Shown here: positions 1-10,461 of the stretch, one piece after another | Layout of the letters: each line of letters begins with the position of its first letter | Position numbering within the stretch: the first letter of the stretch is position 1 | Source of the DNA: a virus | Virus record (IMG/VR): IMGVR_UViG_3300046733_001096 | Location: 1-64,000 of that record | Reading direction: 5' to 3' (one strand) | Length of the DNA stretch: 64,000 bases | Position numbers and translations under genes: made by a program | The notes under the pieces: generated by a model | The model's input: only the letters and a program-made list of their open reading frames with translations | Told to the model about the DNA's origin: nothing | Databases searched by the model: none

Positions 1-297
1 ATCGGCAATATAATACTTGTTACCAGTACCATATCCGTTTGTACCAGGGGCAACTGTGACTACATAGGTTGTTCCGGTAAATACTATCCCACCGGTCAAA
101 TTTTCATCAACATCAGTTAGATCAGTTAAGTCCACTGGCACATCACTCATTCTTGCCATTGGAATGCCGCCTGCAGTAGTACCATCATGTAATACTATTC
201 TGTTATTTGTTGTATCAAATGTCACTTCAGCCATTTCACCTGTAAAGGCCTCATGTTCTGTCGCAGTTCCTTGACGTAATTTTACTGATTTTGCCAT
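1..297 (-). CDS. Tail fibre protein, 5' part only (runs off the window); paralog of 418..3396
   Basis: Manual translation MAKSVKLRQGTATEHEAFTGEMAEVTFDTTNNRIVLHDGTTAGGIP..., nearly identical to the N-terminus of 418..3396; RBS GGAG and ATAAATAC box upstream. Confidence 0.85.
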   Translation of the reverse strand, partial: MAKSVKLRQGTATEHEAFTGEMAEVTFDTTNNRIVLHDGTTAGGIPMARMSDVPVDLTDLTDVDENLTGGIVFTGTTYVVTVAPGTNGYGTGNKYYIAD

Positions 298-362
298 CTA
301 CTTTGCTCCTAAATTGTTACATGTATTTATATTTTTAAGAATTAAAAAAATCGCCCAGAATT

Positions 363-389
363 AAAAAAAGCGTCCTTTGGGCGCTTTTT
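363..389 (-). terminator. Intrinsic terminator between the two fibre genes
   Basis: AAAAAAGCGTCC-TTT-GGGCGCTTTTT hairpin with A/T tails. Confidence 0.7.
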
Positions 390-417
390 AGTTGTTATAG
401 AACCTAAGAGAATAAGG

Positions 418-3396
418 TCATTCTTTTTTGATAGCTATGTAAATATACTTTGCACCAGATACGTTTTCGTATCCCCCTCCCGCACCGGTGGACCACCCAG
501 CACTATTTACTTGCGCCCAATTTGCGTTAACGAAGAATTGCTCTGTGCCGAACAGTGTTGGATATAATGTTGCGGCTGTGCCAGAAACAGTCATTCCTCG
601 AGTCGTATCGTGGATCTTCCAGTGGTCATACTGGCCGCCGGTATTTATTCTCTTTGTCATTATGAATTGGGCCTCAAAACCAATATCGATGGTTCTAAGG
701 GCGGTGTCATCGCCTGTATACACACCACATTTAATGATGTCTTGATCAGCATTTGTACCAAATATCCCATCTCCATCATTGTCTGCAAATAAATATGCAA
801 CATATGTTTTTCCATTGCCGTTTGTAGGTGGGGTAGCAAACGGATGACTTGCACTAGAAACATAAAAATGTGTGCTACTAGGTCCACTAGCGTGAAAGAC
901 GTTGTTTAACTCTTCATTAGTAGAGTTACTCAAAGTGATGTTGTGTGAGTTTGAAGTAAGGTCTTTGTGCCATACCCACCACTGGTCTTCAATAGAGGCG
1001 CTGTCGCTGGTACACTTGACCATAATGCAACCCACATCATGATTTAGGTCGTGGGGAAGGCTACGGCTATTAGTTCCGTCTCCGGTCCAAGTTTGAATGT
1101 CAAAGAACGATGCTTGTTTTTTAAATGACCAAGCCACATAATCATTGCCAGAGGTATTGATTGTAGCGTGATTACCTATAGTAAATCCATTTGCATTAAA
1201 AGCAGTTAGACCCGTAGAATTAGTTGCCTCAGAAGTATTCGGAGACCCTGTTGCGAGTGACTTAGTTGCACCACGATTTGTGTCATAAATTTGGTGTTCT
1301 TGGGCTGCACTTTGTGATTTTAGCCAAACCATACCACCATCAGTTGCCATATCAAGGTCATTTACAACCGATCTTGCACCGCCTGAGCTTGTATAAGTAG
1401 AAATGTTAAATACATCCGCAACATCAACTGGGTCAGGGGCAACCTTTCTTGTTGGCGGAGTAAAGCCTGGTGGTGTTGCAAGAAGGTCTGGATTATGTAT
1501 TCCACCACCAGTATAAACTTCTATATCAGTGATCCAAGAGCTAACGCTTCCAATACGTAGGTTCGCCTTGTTTGTAAGTCCGGATAAATCGCTTGCGCTT
1601 TCATTTACAACGACTACACCATTTATATAAACAACTTGTCGCCCATTTGACTGTAGTTCTTCTGCAATATGAAGCCAGCCTTGATCTGGGAAACTCGTAC
1701 TACCATTAGAAGTATGTCCAAAATAGCCATAAGCACCATTGCCAGCCCAAGCCAGTGAATGGACTGCATAAGCTAGACTTATGCTATAAGAATGTGCCTG
1801 ACTACTGCCAGCCTCTACACTATGTAACGCTTCCCACATTGGGGGTTGATTCGCATCAAACTTTATCCAATATTGAGTAGTCATTCCGTCACTAAGATCA
1901 TCAGTTGACCAAATATGTAATGGTCTAGTGGTGGGATCATTCACTAAGTTTGGATTGTTGCGTAAGGCATACGATCCGTCCTCAAGTGCCCAGGTATTTC
2001 CCCTACCGCTCGGGTGGTTCAATGCGACATACGAAGCAGAACCTGTATCTAATTTAGAGTCACTGACAGCTACAAATGACTGACTATCTCCACTCAATGA
2101 CCACATCGGAGTTCCTGCAGGCGCTGGACCAGCGCCGACATCCGCTGCAGTGTAACGATCTTTCAATGCGTTGTAGTTTTGTAATACCTCTGCTTGGCTT
2201 AGCATTTTGCTATATAACGTTAGATCAGAAATATATCCTTTAAAATATTCTTGGGTACCAGGCGCTGGCTGGGAGCCAATACGAATTGATGATCCGGGCG
2301 TCACTGTAGATGTATTCAGATTAGTAGAGGTAGCTACCTGTATTCCATTAATATACAGTTTCATGGTATTACCCTGTCGTGTTCCTGTCATCATTTGCCA
2401 ATCAGAAGTTGCTGTAGTATTTGACTGTAAATCTACTTTGTAACTGTTATTATCAATCTGCCATGATCCTTTACCGCTGGAATCGCTGGAATAATCCAGT
2501 CCAAGACCCCACCATTCACCTGAAGTTCCTGAAGTATAACTGTTCATAATCCAACCCCAGGTGGGCGAAGATCCTTCTTCAGGTTTAAACCAAGCTGATG
2601 CAGACCAATCATCGATACTAGGATTATAACTTGTTGACATGTACTGGGTATTACCATCAAAATAGAACGAACCACCACCTTCAGTAGAATAAGTTGGAGC
2701 GTTTACTAAAGTAGCGTCTTGATTACCAACAAGGTCTGCCCATGTTGTTCCAGTACCAGAGTAGCTCAATGCATTCGCTGCATCTAAATGCCAAACCAAT
2801 GAACTTGTTACGATTGATTCTGTTGCTGCAGGCGCTGGAGCAACGCCCATGCCACTGTGATTTGCGCAATAATAGTATAGCGTAGGTGCACCAACTTCTA
2901 CTGTAATTTCTGTGTATGCGCCGGTTTGCCCTGGAACCCCATTATAAGTAACACCTGTTGTATATTCAGTACCGCCATCATGTGTGCCGTTTGCAGTTGT
3001 GCTAAACTTGAGTAGGTGTGGGGTATTTGTACTGTCACTTTGATCAAATCTGTAAGTTTCGCCTTCAGTTAATGTAACTGTTGGACTGGCGCCTGTCAAA
3101 TCAGTAATATAATATTTGTTACCAGTACTATATGTATTTGTGCCACTAGCAACTGTGACTACGTAGGTTGTTCCGGTAAATACTATCCCACCGGTCAAAT
3201 TATCATCAACATCAGTTAGATCGGTTAAATCAACTGGCACATCACTTAATTTTGCCATTGGGATACCACCTGCAGTAGTACCATCATGTAATATTATTGT
3301 ATTGTTTGTTGTATCAAATGTCACTTCAGCCATTTCACCTGTAAAGGCCTCATGTTCTGTCGCAGTTCCTTGACGTAATTTTACTGATTTTGCCAT
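418..3396 (-). CDS. Tail fibre / receptor-binding protein (Mtd-like N-terminus, LYYYC..HSGMG domain, LamG/concanavalin-like domains, C-terminal beta-repeat region)
   Basis: 992 aa; LRQGT...GEMAEVTFDT..LHDGTTAGG anchor; LamG-type motifs (LVWHLDA, KLYINGIQV, FKGYISDL); Thr/Gly/Ser-rich. Confidence 0.8.
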   Translation of the reverse strand: MAKSVKLRQGTATEHEAFTGEMAEVTFDTTNNTIILHDGTTAGGIPMAKLSDVPVDLTDLTDVDDNLTGGIVFTGTTYVVTVASGTNTYSTGNKYYITDLTGASPTVTLTEGETYRFDQSDSTNTPHLLKFSTTANGTHDGGTEYTTGVTYNGVPGQTGAYTEITVEVGAPTLYYYCANHSGMGVAPAPAATESIVTSSLVWHLDAANALSYSGTGTTWADLVGNQDATLVNAPTYSTEGGGSFYFDGNTQYMSTSYNPSIDDWSASAWFKPEEGSSPTWGWIMNSYTSGTSGEWWGLGLDYSSDSSGKGSWQIDNNSYKVDLQSNTTATSDWQMMTGTRQGNTMKLYINGIQVATSTNLNTSTVTPGSSIRIGSQPAPGTQEYFKGYISDLTLYSKMLSQAEVLQNYNALKDRYTAADVGAGPAPAGTPMWSLSGDSQSFVAVSDSKLDTGSASYVALNHPSGRGNTWALEDGSYALRNNPNLVNDPTTRPLHIWSTDDLSDGMTTQYWIKFDANQPPMWEALHSVEAGSSQAHSYSISLAYAVHSLAWAGNGAYGYFGHTSNGSTSFPDQGWLHIAEELQSNGRQVVYINGVVVVNESASDLSGLTNKANLRIGSVSSWITDIEVYTGGGIHNPDLLATPPGFTPPTRKVAPDPVDVADVFNISTYTSSGGARSVVNDLDMATDGGMVWLKSQSAAQEHQIYDTNRGATKSLATGSPNTSEATNSTGLTAFNANGFTIGNHATINTSGNDYVAWSFKKQASFFDIQTWTGDGTNSRSLPHDLNHDVGCIMVKCTSDSASIEDQWWVWHKDLTSNSHNITLSNSTNEELNNVFHASGPSSTHFYVSSASHPFATPPTNGNGKTYVAYLFADNDGDGIFGTNADQDIIKCGVYTGDDTALRTIDIGFEAQFIMTKRINTGGQYDHWKIHDTTRGMTVSGTAATLYPTLFGTEQFFVNANWAQVNSAGWSTGAGGGYENVSGAKYIYIAIKKE
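3100..3396. repeat. ~300-bp near-identical duplication with 1..297 (shared fibre N-terminal module)
   Basis: Direct comparison; the ~90 bp nearest the start codon are identical. Confidence 0.9.
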
Positions 3397-3444
3397 CTAT
3401 TATTCTCCAAATAAAATATATATAAATTGGTTATTTACATCTAT

Positions 3445-3693
3445 TTATCTATCACTTTCAGAAAAAAATAGTGCAAGTTTATCATATCCTCCGATATACT
3501 TGTTATTCAGCCATATTTGTGGAACAGTGCGAGGAACTACATTTTCAAGTGCTGCTGCTTCCAATAACTCAGTTTTTTTATCAGGTTGGTTAGACATATT
3601 GTATTCAACATAACTAATGCCTTTTTGGTCTAATAGATTTTTTGCTGCTACACAAAACCCACACCCATCTTTACTATATATTACTGCATTCAT
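3445..3693 (-). CDS. Glutaredoxin
   Basis: CGFC active site, TVPQIW and IGGYD motifs. Confidence 0.9.
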   Translation of the reverse strand: MNAVIYSKDGCGFCVAAKNLLDQKGISYVEYNMSNQPDKKTELLEAAALENVVPRTVPQIWLNNKYIGGYDKLALFFSESDR

Positions 3694-3823
3694 TTAATTC
3701 TCCTTTTATTTTATTTTATGAATATACATATACATTTTTACATAATATTCAAATGTTTTTGGATATGTTTCTGGATCTGGTAGTAGACCTTCAAAATATT
3801 CTATAAAATCTTTTATTTGTTCA

Positions 3824-4237
3824 TCAGTCATTATTTGCGCCACATACGAGTTTTCTTAATCCACTGGAACTAAATCGGTGGTCTCGCTCATTGAAATATA
3901 TTTCAATATCTCTTTTTTTACAAATATCTCTACCTGTGAAATCTTTATCACGATATTCTACTCCCAGAATACGTATATCAATGTGCATACCACTAAGAAT
4001 ATCTTCCAAATCTTGCTCAGTCGTATATGGAATAATTTCGTCTACGTATTTACACGCACGTAATTGTAGATATCGTTCTACTACAGTCTGTACTGGTTTA
4101 TTCTTTGTTGGTCTATCCTGTGACGGATCAGTTTGTAATCCGACAATAAGATAATCACAATGTAATTTTGCTTCTTCTAGCATAAGAGTATGACCTGCGT
4201 GAAGTAAATCGAAGGCAGATGCTGTAAAACCTATCAT
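3824..4237 (-). CDS. Cytidylyltransferase (TagD/glycerol-3-phosphate cytidylyltransferase-like)
   Basis: FDLLHAGH (HxGH) motif, C-terminal R..FSSS. Confidence 0.85.
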   Translation of the reverse strand: MIGFTASAFDLLHAGHTLMLEEAKLHCDYLIVGLQTDPSQDRPTKNKPVQTVVERYLQLRACKYVDEIIPYTTEQDLEDILSGMHIDIRILGVEYRDKDFTGRDICKKRDIEIYFNERDHRFSSSGLRKLVCGANND

Positions 4238-4239
4238 TA

Positions 4240-4497
4240 TTATAACCTCATTAAAAAATCTGCTGCATCTATTTCATTTCTGAAATTAATAGTTGCAGTA
4301 CTAATATATTTGTCTATATGACAAGAAAAGTCTCTCGATTCATACCGAGAGACTAGATCATTTCGTAGTTCTGTATCACTAGCACCATCATACATAACAA
4401 CTACTGCATACGGTAGTTTTACATCTTTAGTCGTTAATGATTTTACTAATTTTATTCTAAGCATATTTCGTTCATGCCAGTCATGACTTCCAAACAA
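4240..4497 (-). CDS. Hypothetical protein
   Basis: Co-oriented ORF in a tightly packed operon. Confidence 0.5.
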   Translation of the reverse strand: MFGSHDWHERNMLRIKLVKSLTTKDVKLPYAVVVMYDGASDTELRNDLVSRYESRDFSCHIDKYISTATINFRNEIDAADFLMRL

Positions 4498-4706
4498 GTT
4501 TGGTCTAAATTAAATTCTAAAATTGAAGTCCACATCATTGGTAAAAATGCTGCTGTAATTATTGTTATAATAACACCAGATATAGTTAGAATCATATCTT
4601 CTGGATTTTTAGGCAATGATACTATCATCATTATCACTGCAATAATCATAATTACTAAACAAATAGTAAGTAACATTGTCAACCATACCATGAATGTTTC
4701 TTGCAT
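4452..4706 (-). CDS. Small membrane protein (2 TM)
   Basis: Two hydrophobic stretches; operon context. Confidence 0.5.
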   Translation of the reverse strand: MQETFMVWLTMLLTICLVIMIIAVIMMIVSLPKNPEDMILTISGVIITIITAAFLPMMWTSILEFNLDQTCLEVMTGMNEICLE

Positions 4707-4716
4707 TATTAATTAC

Positions 4717-5832
4717 CTATAGTTTAGTAGTCGAGTTTGCATATACCGAATTGAATTGATTATTTACTCTAACAAATGTTGTACACTTTGTCAACTGTTT
4801 TAATTTTTCAGCACCTGCATAAGTACAAGTTGATCTAACACCACCTAATATTTCCTGTATAGTAATATTAACTTCTCCACGAAACGGTACTAGAACTTCA
4901 CGGCCTTCACTACTGCGATAGTCTTTTAGTCCACCAAAATGCTTTGTGTTTGCTGCATCGCTACTCATACCATAGAATTTAATAAACTTTTTTTCTTCTA
5001 TCTTACGTACACGATTATTTAAATGATTGCCTACTTCATATTCTAATTGATTTGTTTCATAATATCTTGTAATAACATCACCACCGCCTTCAATGTGACC
5101 AGCAAGCATACCGCCAAGCATCACAAAGTCCGCTCCACCTGCAAATGCTTTTGCTACATCACCAGGACAAGTGCAGCCACCATCCGCAATGATATGGCCA
5201 CCAAGACCATGAGCAGCATCAGCGCACTCAATAACAGCGGAAAGCTGAGGGTAACCAACACCAGTTTGGATCCGTGTTGTACAAACACTTCCAGGGCCGA
5301 TGCCCACTTTAACAATATCTGCGCCATTTAGTATCAACTCCTGTGTTTGATCCGCAGTAACAACGTTTCCAGCAATGATTGTTATCCTAGGATACATCAT
5401 ACGAAAATCAGCAACAAAATTAGTAAAGCGTTCACTATACCCATTCGCTACATCAATACATACATAATTTAATTCAGCGTATTTACTTACCTCTTTGAAT
5501 TTTTTTAGGTCATGTTCGCCAATACCAATACTCATTGCTATGTTTTTTTTGTAGTCTGTATTTGAGTTGAAGAACTCGATTAATTCTTCAGAAGTATATG
5601 TTTTTACTAGGCACGTAAAGATATTTTGTTCTGCTAGTGTTGACGCCATAGCAAATGTTCCAACACCATCCATATTGGCTGCCATAATAGGTAACCCACT
5701 ATAATCAATGGTGCTGTTTCTAAATGTAAACTGTCTATTCAAGTCTACATCTTTACGAGATCCTAATGTACTGCGTTTAGGACGAATTAACACATCACTA
5801 TAATCTAGTAATACTTCATTCTCAATGCGCAT
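4717..5832 (-). CDS. guaC: GMP reductase
   Basis: [29 protein letters not shown] catalytic Cys loop, FYGMSS, YRSSEG. Confidence 0.95.
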   Translation of the reverse strand: MRIENEVLLDYSDVLIRPKRSTLGSRKDVDLNRQFTFRNSTIDYSGLPIMAANMDGVGTFAMASTLAEQNIFTCLVKTYTSEELIEFFNSNTDYKKNIAMSIGIGEHDLKKFKEVSKYAELNYVCIDVANGYSERFTNFVADFRMMYPRITIIAGNVVTADQTQELILNGADIVKVGIGPGSVCTTRIQTGVGYPQLSAVIECADAAHGLGGHIIADGGCTCPGDVAKAFAGGADFVMLGGMLAGHIEGGGDVITRYYETNQLEYEVGNHLNNRVRKIEEKKFIKFYGMSSDAANTKHFGGLKDYRSSEGREVLVPFRGEVNITIQEILGGVRSTCTYAGAEKLKQLTKCTTFVRVNNQFNSVYANSTTKL

Positions 5833-6422
5833 TATATGGTTGCCTCTACTTCTTCGACTTGACCATGTTCATTACACTCAACAACAGTAACTGGACAATG
5901 AATTTCAATGAAGTTATCAATGAATTCCCATCCAAGTGCTTCTACACCTTCTTCATATTCTTCGTTATATGCTTCTTCAATTTCTTCCATCATTTCGTCA
6001 GTATCAGAAAGTTTAGGACCACCTGTTCTGATATCCCAGTCTTCCCAACATCCATCCCAACATTCAAGCATTTCTGCATCGTAGTCTTCTGTCAGGTCAA
6101 CGAAAGCGTCTTCAGTGCTTGGTAGAAGATGTTCTTCAAGTGATGGCGATTGAGTAATAATATCATCATCTCCCCAATAGTCAGCGAGATAATGTGCTAC
6201 GCTCTCATATTCACCACGTTCTTTTAGGAACTCTGTGATTTCTTCTTCCGTATCTGGAACTGAAATCATGAATGATCCCCAACGCCATCCTAATTCTTTA
6301 CGCAGATACGCAAACTTGCCCTTGTGTTCGTCATTGCCAGTTAGTTCTTCTAATGGACGACGAAAAGTTGTTAGTTCAACTACAGACTTTTTGTAAGTTG
6401 GTTCAATTCTATAATGTTTCAT
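5832..6422 (-). CDS. Acidic hypothetical protein
   Basis: 196-aa ORF, stop/start coupled to guaC. Confidence 0.6.
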   Translation of the reverse strand: MKHYRIEPTYKKSVVELTTFRRPLEELTGNDEHKGKFAYLRKELGWRWGSFMISVPDTEEEITEFLKERGEYESVAHYLADYWGDDDIITQSPSLEEHLLPSTEDAFVDLTEDYDAEMLECWDGCWEDWDIRTGGPKLSDTDEMMEEIEEAYNEEYEEGVEALGWEFIDNFIEIHCPVTVVECNEHGQVEEVEATI

Positions 6423-6504
6423 TTAGTTTCCTTTGTAAATTATATATTGTTCCCCAGGCAAAGTCTTACCGGTAAGGATCTCTGCCTGGGGTTATGAAAC
6501 AGTG

Positions 6505-6783
6505 TTATGAATTTTGAGTCTGCCCCATAACATCTTTAAACTCAGTGATGATTTCACTGTCTACAAGTTCAGAACGATATAGCGCATATCGTTTTGTATT
6601 GCCGTTATATACGCCTACCTCGGTTACATCACCTCGGTCGTTTGTTGACATCATGCCGTAAAGTTTATCACGGCCTCTCAAATTTTTCACCAAACGAACT
6701 GCTTCTTCCATAGAAGGTGTCATTCGTCGCGGTGATCGTTTGCCCTTATAATTATTAGTGCGGGCATTTGGTTGATTTGTCAT
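6505..6783 (-). CDS. Hypothetical protein
   Basis: ORF with RBS and upstream sigma70-like promoter. Confidence 0.55.
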   Translation of the reverse strand: MTNQPNARTNNYKGKRSPRRMTPSMEEAVRLVKNLRGRDKLYGMMSTNDRGDVTEVGVYNGNTKRYALYRSELVDSEIITEFKDVMGQTQNS

Positions 6784-6867
6784 TTATACATTCCTCTTAT
6801 GACAAGTTACATTTAAGTTTAACAATATTATTATTGCATATATTGTAGGAGAAGTCAAGAACTATTT

Positions 6868-7497
6868 TTAGTTCCAACGATAAAAAATATGTGATCCAAT
6901 ACGTCCAATCAAATCCATACCACGGTCACTGCGCCATGCAGGTTTAACATAGGTAGCGTGATAATGTGTGGCACCTTCTGTAATACCACGAAAACGTTCA
7001 TCGTGCATCATTTCCCATGCAACCATTTGTGCACGAACCCAATTTTCAGAACCTTCTGGCACTTTATCTGATTTGCCGTCACAATACCAAGAGAACTGAC
7101 ACCGATTTCGGCGCATATTACCATTGCTATCTTTTTGTCCATCATAAACCACTTCACACACAGTACTAGGATAATGCGAGTGTAATACTCGATTTAATAC
7201 TACATCTGCAACTGCAGCCATACCAGCGTGATTATCTATGCCACTTTCAAAGAAAATATTCTGTGCCATACAAAACTCTTGCTTATATTTTTCAGGAGAA
7301 TACAGAAAAAATTCCTTATCTTTACGTGAGTTGTAATCGGATGCTGCAGCCAATACTACAGTATTTTCTATTGTTTGCTCAATGGTTTGAGCAATAGTAG
7401 TTTCATTTTTTACACTTGCCTGTGGTGTTGTTACACTTACAAGTGTTGCTATGATTGCTACATTTACTGAGTATGCTATTACATTATTCAGTTTCAT
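6868..7497 (-). CDS. Cell wall hydrolase (SleB/Hydrolase_2 family)
   Basis: CMAQNIFFE, VVLNRV, CQFSWYCDG, GATHYHATYVKPAW, IGSHIFY; N-terminal signal/TM segment. Confidence 0.9.
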   Translation of the reverse strand: MKLNNVIAYSVNVAIIATLVSVTTPQASVKNETTIAQTIEQTIENTVVLAAASDYNSRKDKEFFLYSPEKYKQEFCMAQNIFFESGIDNHAGMAAVADVVLNRVLHSHYPSTVCEVVYDGQKDSNGNMRRNRCQFSWYCDGKSDKVPEGSENWVRAQMVAWEMMHDERFRGITEGATHYHATYVKPAWRSDRGMDLIGRIGSHIFYRWN

Positions 7498-7531
7498 TTT
7501 ATACCTGCTCGGTTGTTTCTGTTATATAAGT

Positions 7532-7560
7532 TTTATATAGTGATTCGTTTTAAATGTCAA
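7532..7560 (-). promoter_or_regulatory. Early sigma70-type promoter with CGAATCA (GANTC) in the spacer
   Basis: TTGACA-N7-CGAATCA-N3-TATAAA, 17-bp spacer. Confidence 0.75.
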
Positions 7561-7563
7561 CCA

Positions 7564-8109
7564 TTATTTTACATATATTTTTAAAACTTCATATTCAATA
7601 ACATCATCACCACGAATTAGTTCAGCAACATCGCCTACTCTCAGTCCTAATAGTTCCTTACCAAGTGGAGATTTAAAACTAATGCTACCCTGTCCTGGAT
7701 TACTTTCAGTTTCACCAAGTATTGTATATGTTACAATTTTATCAACAAAATAGTTTTCTAGTTCGACTGTGACGCCAGGAATAATTTTCTCATATGTGCC
7801 AGGTTTGGGAATTTCTAGTATTGTGCTTTTTTCAATGATTGATTGTAGCCTAGAGATTTCGATATCAACCCGGTTCATTTCATCCAATGACATATGTAAT
7901 TCTTCATTTTCTTCAACGCCGCCATTTTCCCGGGCAGCCGAAAGCTGTTCTGCAATGATGGGTTTCTTTTTATTTAAAATTATAATTTTGTTTTCTAGAT
8001 CAGTACGACCATTTTTAGTTAATAAGTCCATATTTTTATTATATTCCTGATCATTATTATTGTCGGTATATTTATCGTTTTGTGCCGTTTTAAAGCCAGT
8101 AACAATCAT
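7564..8109 (-). CDS. greA: GreA/GreB-family transcription elongation factor (true start may be at MDLLTKNG)
   Basis: ARENG..EN coiled-coil tip; YTILGETESNP..GSISFKSPLGKELLG..VGD C-terminal domain. Confidence 0.85.
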   Translation of the reverse strand: MIVTGFKTAQNDKYTDNNNDQEYNKNMDLLTKNGRTDLENKIIILNKKKPIIAEQLSAARENGGVEENEELHMSLDEMNRVDIEISRLQSIIEKSTILEIPKPGTYEKIIPGVTVELENYFVDKIVTYTILGETESNPGQGSISFKSPLGKELLGLRVGDVAELIRGDDVIEYEVLKIYVK

Positions 8110-8528
8110 AGTAGTTCCTCTAGTTTAATGCTTTTTCTAATTTCTTCAAAATGTTTATAAAAGGTGTTTAGATCCCCATTACTTTTTTCATACGATTTTG
8201 TCTGACTTTCAAGTATTGCTGTCTCATATAACATTGTGAGTATTACCATATCATCAGCAAGATTCTTTTCACTTGGGTCATCACCCGAAGAATATAAATC
8301 TCCGACTAAAAAGGTTGCCATACGTGATGCAGGTGAATTATCTAGAATATATTCTAATTCATCGGGAATGCTTGTTGGCCATGGAACATCAATTGATTTA
8401 TTTTGACCAATTGAAAAATCATATGTTTCATTTATGATATCGTCCAAGTTTTTCCAAAAATCTTCTTCTAACATTTCATTGTTTTTTGCTTTAACAATAT
8501 CGCTGAAATTAATAATGTTATCAGTCAT
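8106..8528 (-). CDS. Hypothetical protein
   Basis: Overlapping start/stop with greA. Confidence 0.55.
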   Translation of the reverse strand: MTDNIINFSDIVKAKNNEMLEEDFWKNLDDIINETYDFSIGQNKSIDVPWPTSIPDELEYILDNSPASRMATFLVGDLYSSGDDPSEKNLADDMVILTMLYETAILESQTKSYEKSNGDLNTFYKHFEEIRKSIKLEELL

Positions 8529-8693
8529 TGTATTCTACCACCTTAGTATTTTTTTGTTTCCATATAGATGCGAATTGTTCAGCATCTTTTATATTATCAA
8601 ATATCTTAACTGTCAAATCCCAACAGTTCTCACTGTTATCTTCAGTTATATAAATCCAATCATCTTCTGCTAACTCTAATTTAACTGCATATT

Positions 8694-8885
8694 TCATCGT
8701 TTATTCTTTGTTTCTTGATTAATTCTAAAGTTAGTATAACTGGTATTCCATAGATTTAATATAAAGTATATACTCAATCCACCTACCACTGACATAAGAA
8801 TATTTCCAGTAAGTAATAGTCTAATGTTCATAAAAATAAAATCAGCAGCAAGAAATGCTACTGGATAATCATACCATCTAATCAT
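8694..8885 (-). CDS. Small membrane protein
   Basis: Hydrophobic 63-aa ORF in operon. Confidence 0.45.
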   Translation of the reverse strand: MIRWYDYPVAFLAADFIFMNIRLLLTGNILMSVVGGLSIYFILNLWNTSYTNFRINQETKNKR

Positions 8886-9045
8886 CTAAACTTCCTATCT
8901 ATCCATTTCTTTCCGACATATAATATCGCAATTACAAAGACAATAACACCTAGTAAAATGCTTTCTAATATTATATCACCTTGGCTACTATCAATTTCAA
9001 TACCGTCAGTTGTCACTGCTATTCTACAATCTTCGCAAGTATTAT

Positions 9046-9435
9046 TCATCGGCGCATACTTGCAATATCTTTTGCATCTTCTTTTTTATCTGCAAAGATA
9101 GGAACCATATTTGATTTGTGCATTGTAGCAATTCCAAGTAGTTGTCGTTCACCACTGTAGGTATGTGATTCTTTTGCAGGACCGTGTGATGCAATTTTGT
9201 TACTCAGTTCAACATTTGGCTTGTTCTCTGTATAATCAGGAATATGGCTCATGTGCTTGCGCTTGCCATATTTGTCATACAATTTCCCATCAAGTTGATC
9301 TTGACTTACACCCATCTTGCGCATAAACTTTTCGTGTTCTACTTCGGCTGCTATAAGTTTCTTTGATTTTTTCTTGACTTTGCGCTTACGTGTGTTTGTA
9401 GTATTGTAAGCATGTCCCATTAATTGCATTGTCAT
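9046..9435 (-). CDS. Conserved phage hypothetical protein
   Basis: C-terminal YSGERQLLGIATMHKSNMVPIF motif resembles small proteins of T4-like marine phages (recalled); promoter upstream at ~9471-9499. Confidence 0.65.
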   Translation of the reverse strand: MTMQLMGHAYNTTNTRKRKVKKKSKKLIAAEVEHEKFMRKMGVSQDQLDGKLYDKYGKRKHMSHIPDYTENKPNVELSNKIASHGPAKESHTYSGERQLLGIATMHKSNMVPIFADKKEDAKDIASMRR

Positions 9436-9601
9436 TATTATGCTCCGTAGTAAATTTGACTGTTGCCGTTAATGTATCATAACTGATTCTGATTGTCAAG
9501 AGTTAATTTTTAAAATACGTGCAGTTAATTTGAGTTAACTACCACTAAATACTGTTGAGAGAATAAAAATGAGAGAAACTAGTAATTACTAGGAGAGGGT
9601 A

Positions 9602-10063
9602 ATGATTGATCCAGTAACCGCCATTGGCTTGGCGACTACTGCTTTTAATGGTATTAAAAAAGCTATTGAAACAGGGAAAGAAATATCTGATATGGGGACG
9701 CAACTTGGGCAATGGGCAAAGGCCAAGTCCGACTTAGATTTTGCACACCAAAAAGCAAAAAACCCCCCACTATTCAAAAAAGTGCTTAGTTCTAATATAG
9801 AACAAGATGCCTTGGAAGCATGGGCACATAAGAAAAAGGCAGAAGAAATGCGTGAGGAATTACGGCAGTATATTTCTCTATATTATGGGCCATCGGCTTG
9901 GGATGAAATAGTAACTATAGAATCTAAAATGCGCAAACAACGTAAAGAAATGGTTTATGCTGCTGAAGAACGTAAAGAAATGATTTTTGCTTGGATCATA
10001 GGTGGTGGTATTTTTATATTCGCTGCTATTATTTTTGCTATCGGTGTATCATACATTACCTGA
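9602..10063 (+). CDS. Phage membrane-anchored coiled-coil protein (MIDP.TA family)
   Basis: Strong RBS GGAGAGG, CTAAATAC box at 9545-9552, C-terminal TM helix. Confidence 0.7.
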   Translation: MIDPVTAIGLATTAFNGIKKAIETGKEISDMGTQLGQWAKAKSDLDFAHQKAKNPPLFKKVLSSNIEQDALEAWAHKKKAEEMREELRQYISLYYGPSAWDEIVTIESKMRKQRKEMVYAAEERKEMIFAWIIGGGIFIFAAIIFAIGVSYIT

Positions 10064-10068
10064 TAAAC

Positions 10069-10461
10069 TTACTTACAAAGTCCTGCAATCATTTGATAAT
10101 GATTCCATGCTTGCTTTACTGATGGTAAGTTTTCTAAATCATCAACTGGGACTGCACAATCTAACCAAACATACGGAACTATTGGGAAACTATCGATTGA
10201 TCCTGAAGCACGTGGCATATGCAACTTTCCCAAATCATCTAATGTTATAACTAATTTTCTAAATTCATTTGGTAATTTGTCATATATATTACGTGATCCC
10301 TTGATACCATCTAAAAAAGAATGCCAAGCACGATCCCATTCACTTGTCTTTCTGGGATCAAATCTATATATCCTAACCATAATAACTAATACTTCGTCTG
10401 GCGTAACACGACCCTCGTATAAGTCAATTAGACATTGACTAAAATTCATTCCTATTTTCAT
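10069..10461 (-). CDS. Hypothetical protein, paralog of 10458..10865
   Basis: Shared C-terminus P.VK.AW.HYQ..AGLCK and similar N-terminus. Confidence 0.7.
   Translation of the reverse strand: MKIGMNFSQCLIDLYEGRVTPDEVLVIMVRIYRFDPRKTSEWDRAWHSFLDGIKGSRNIYDKLPNEFRKLVITLDDLGKLHMPRASGSIDSFPIVPYVWLDCAVPVDDLENLPSVKQAWNHYQMIAGLCK

Noticed and set aside
1-3396. Diversity-generating retroelement TR/VR pair (Mtd-like fibres with a repeat)
   Set aside because: The repeat is N-terminal, both copies are coding, the differences are not adenine-specific, and there is no reverse transcriptase in the window.
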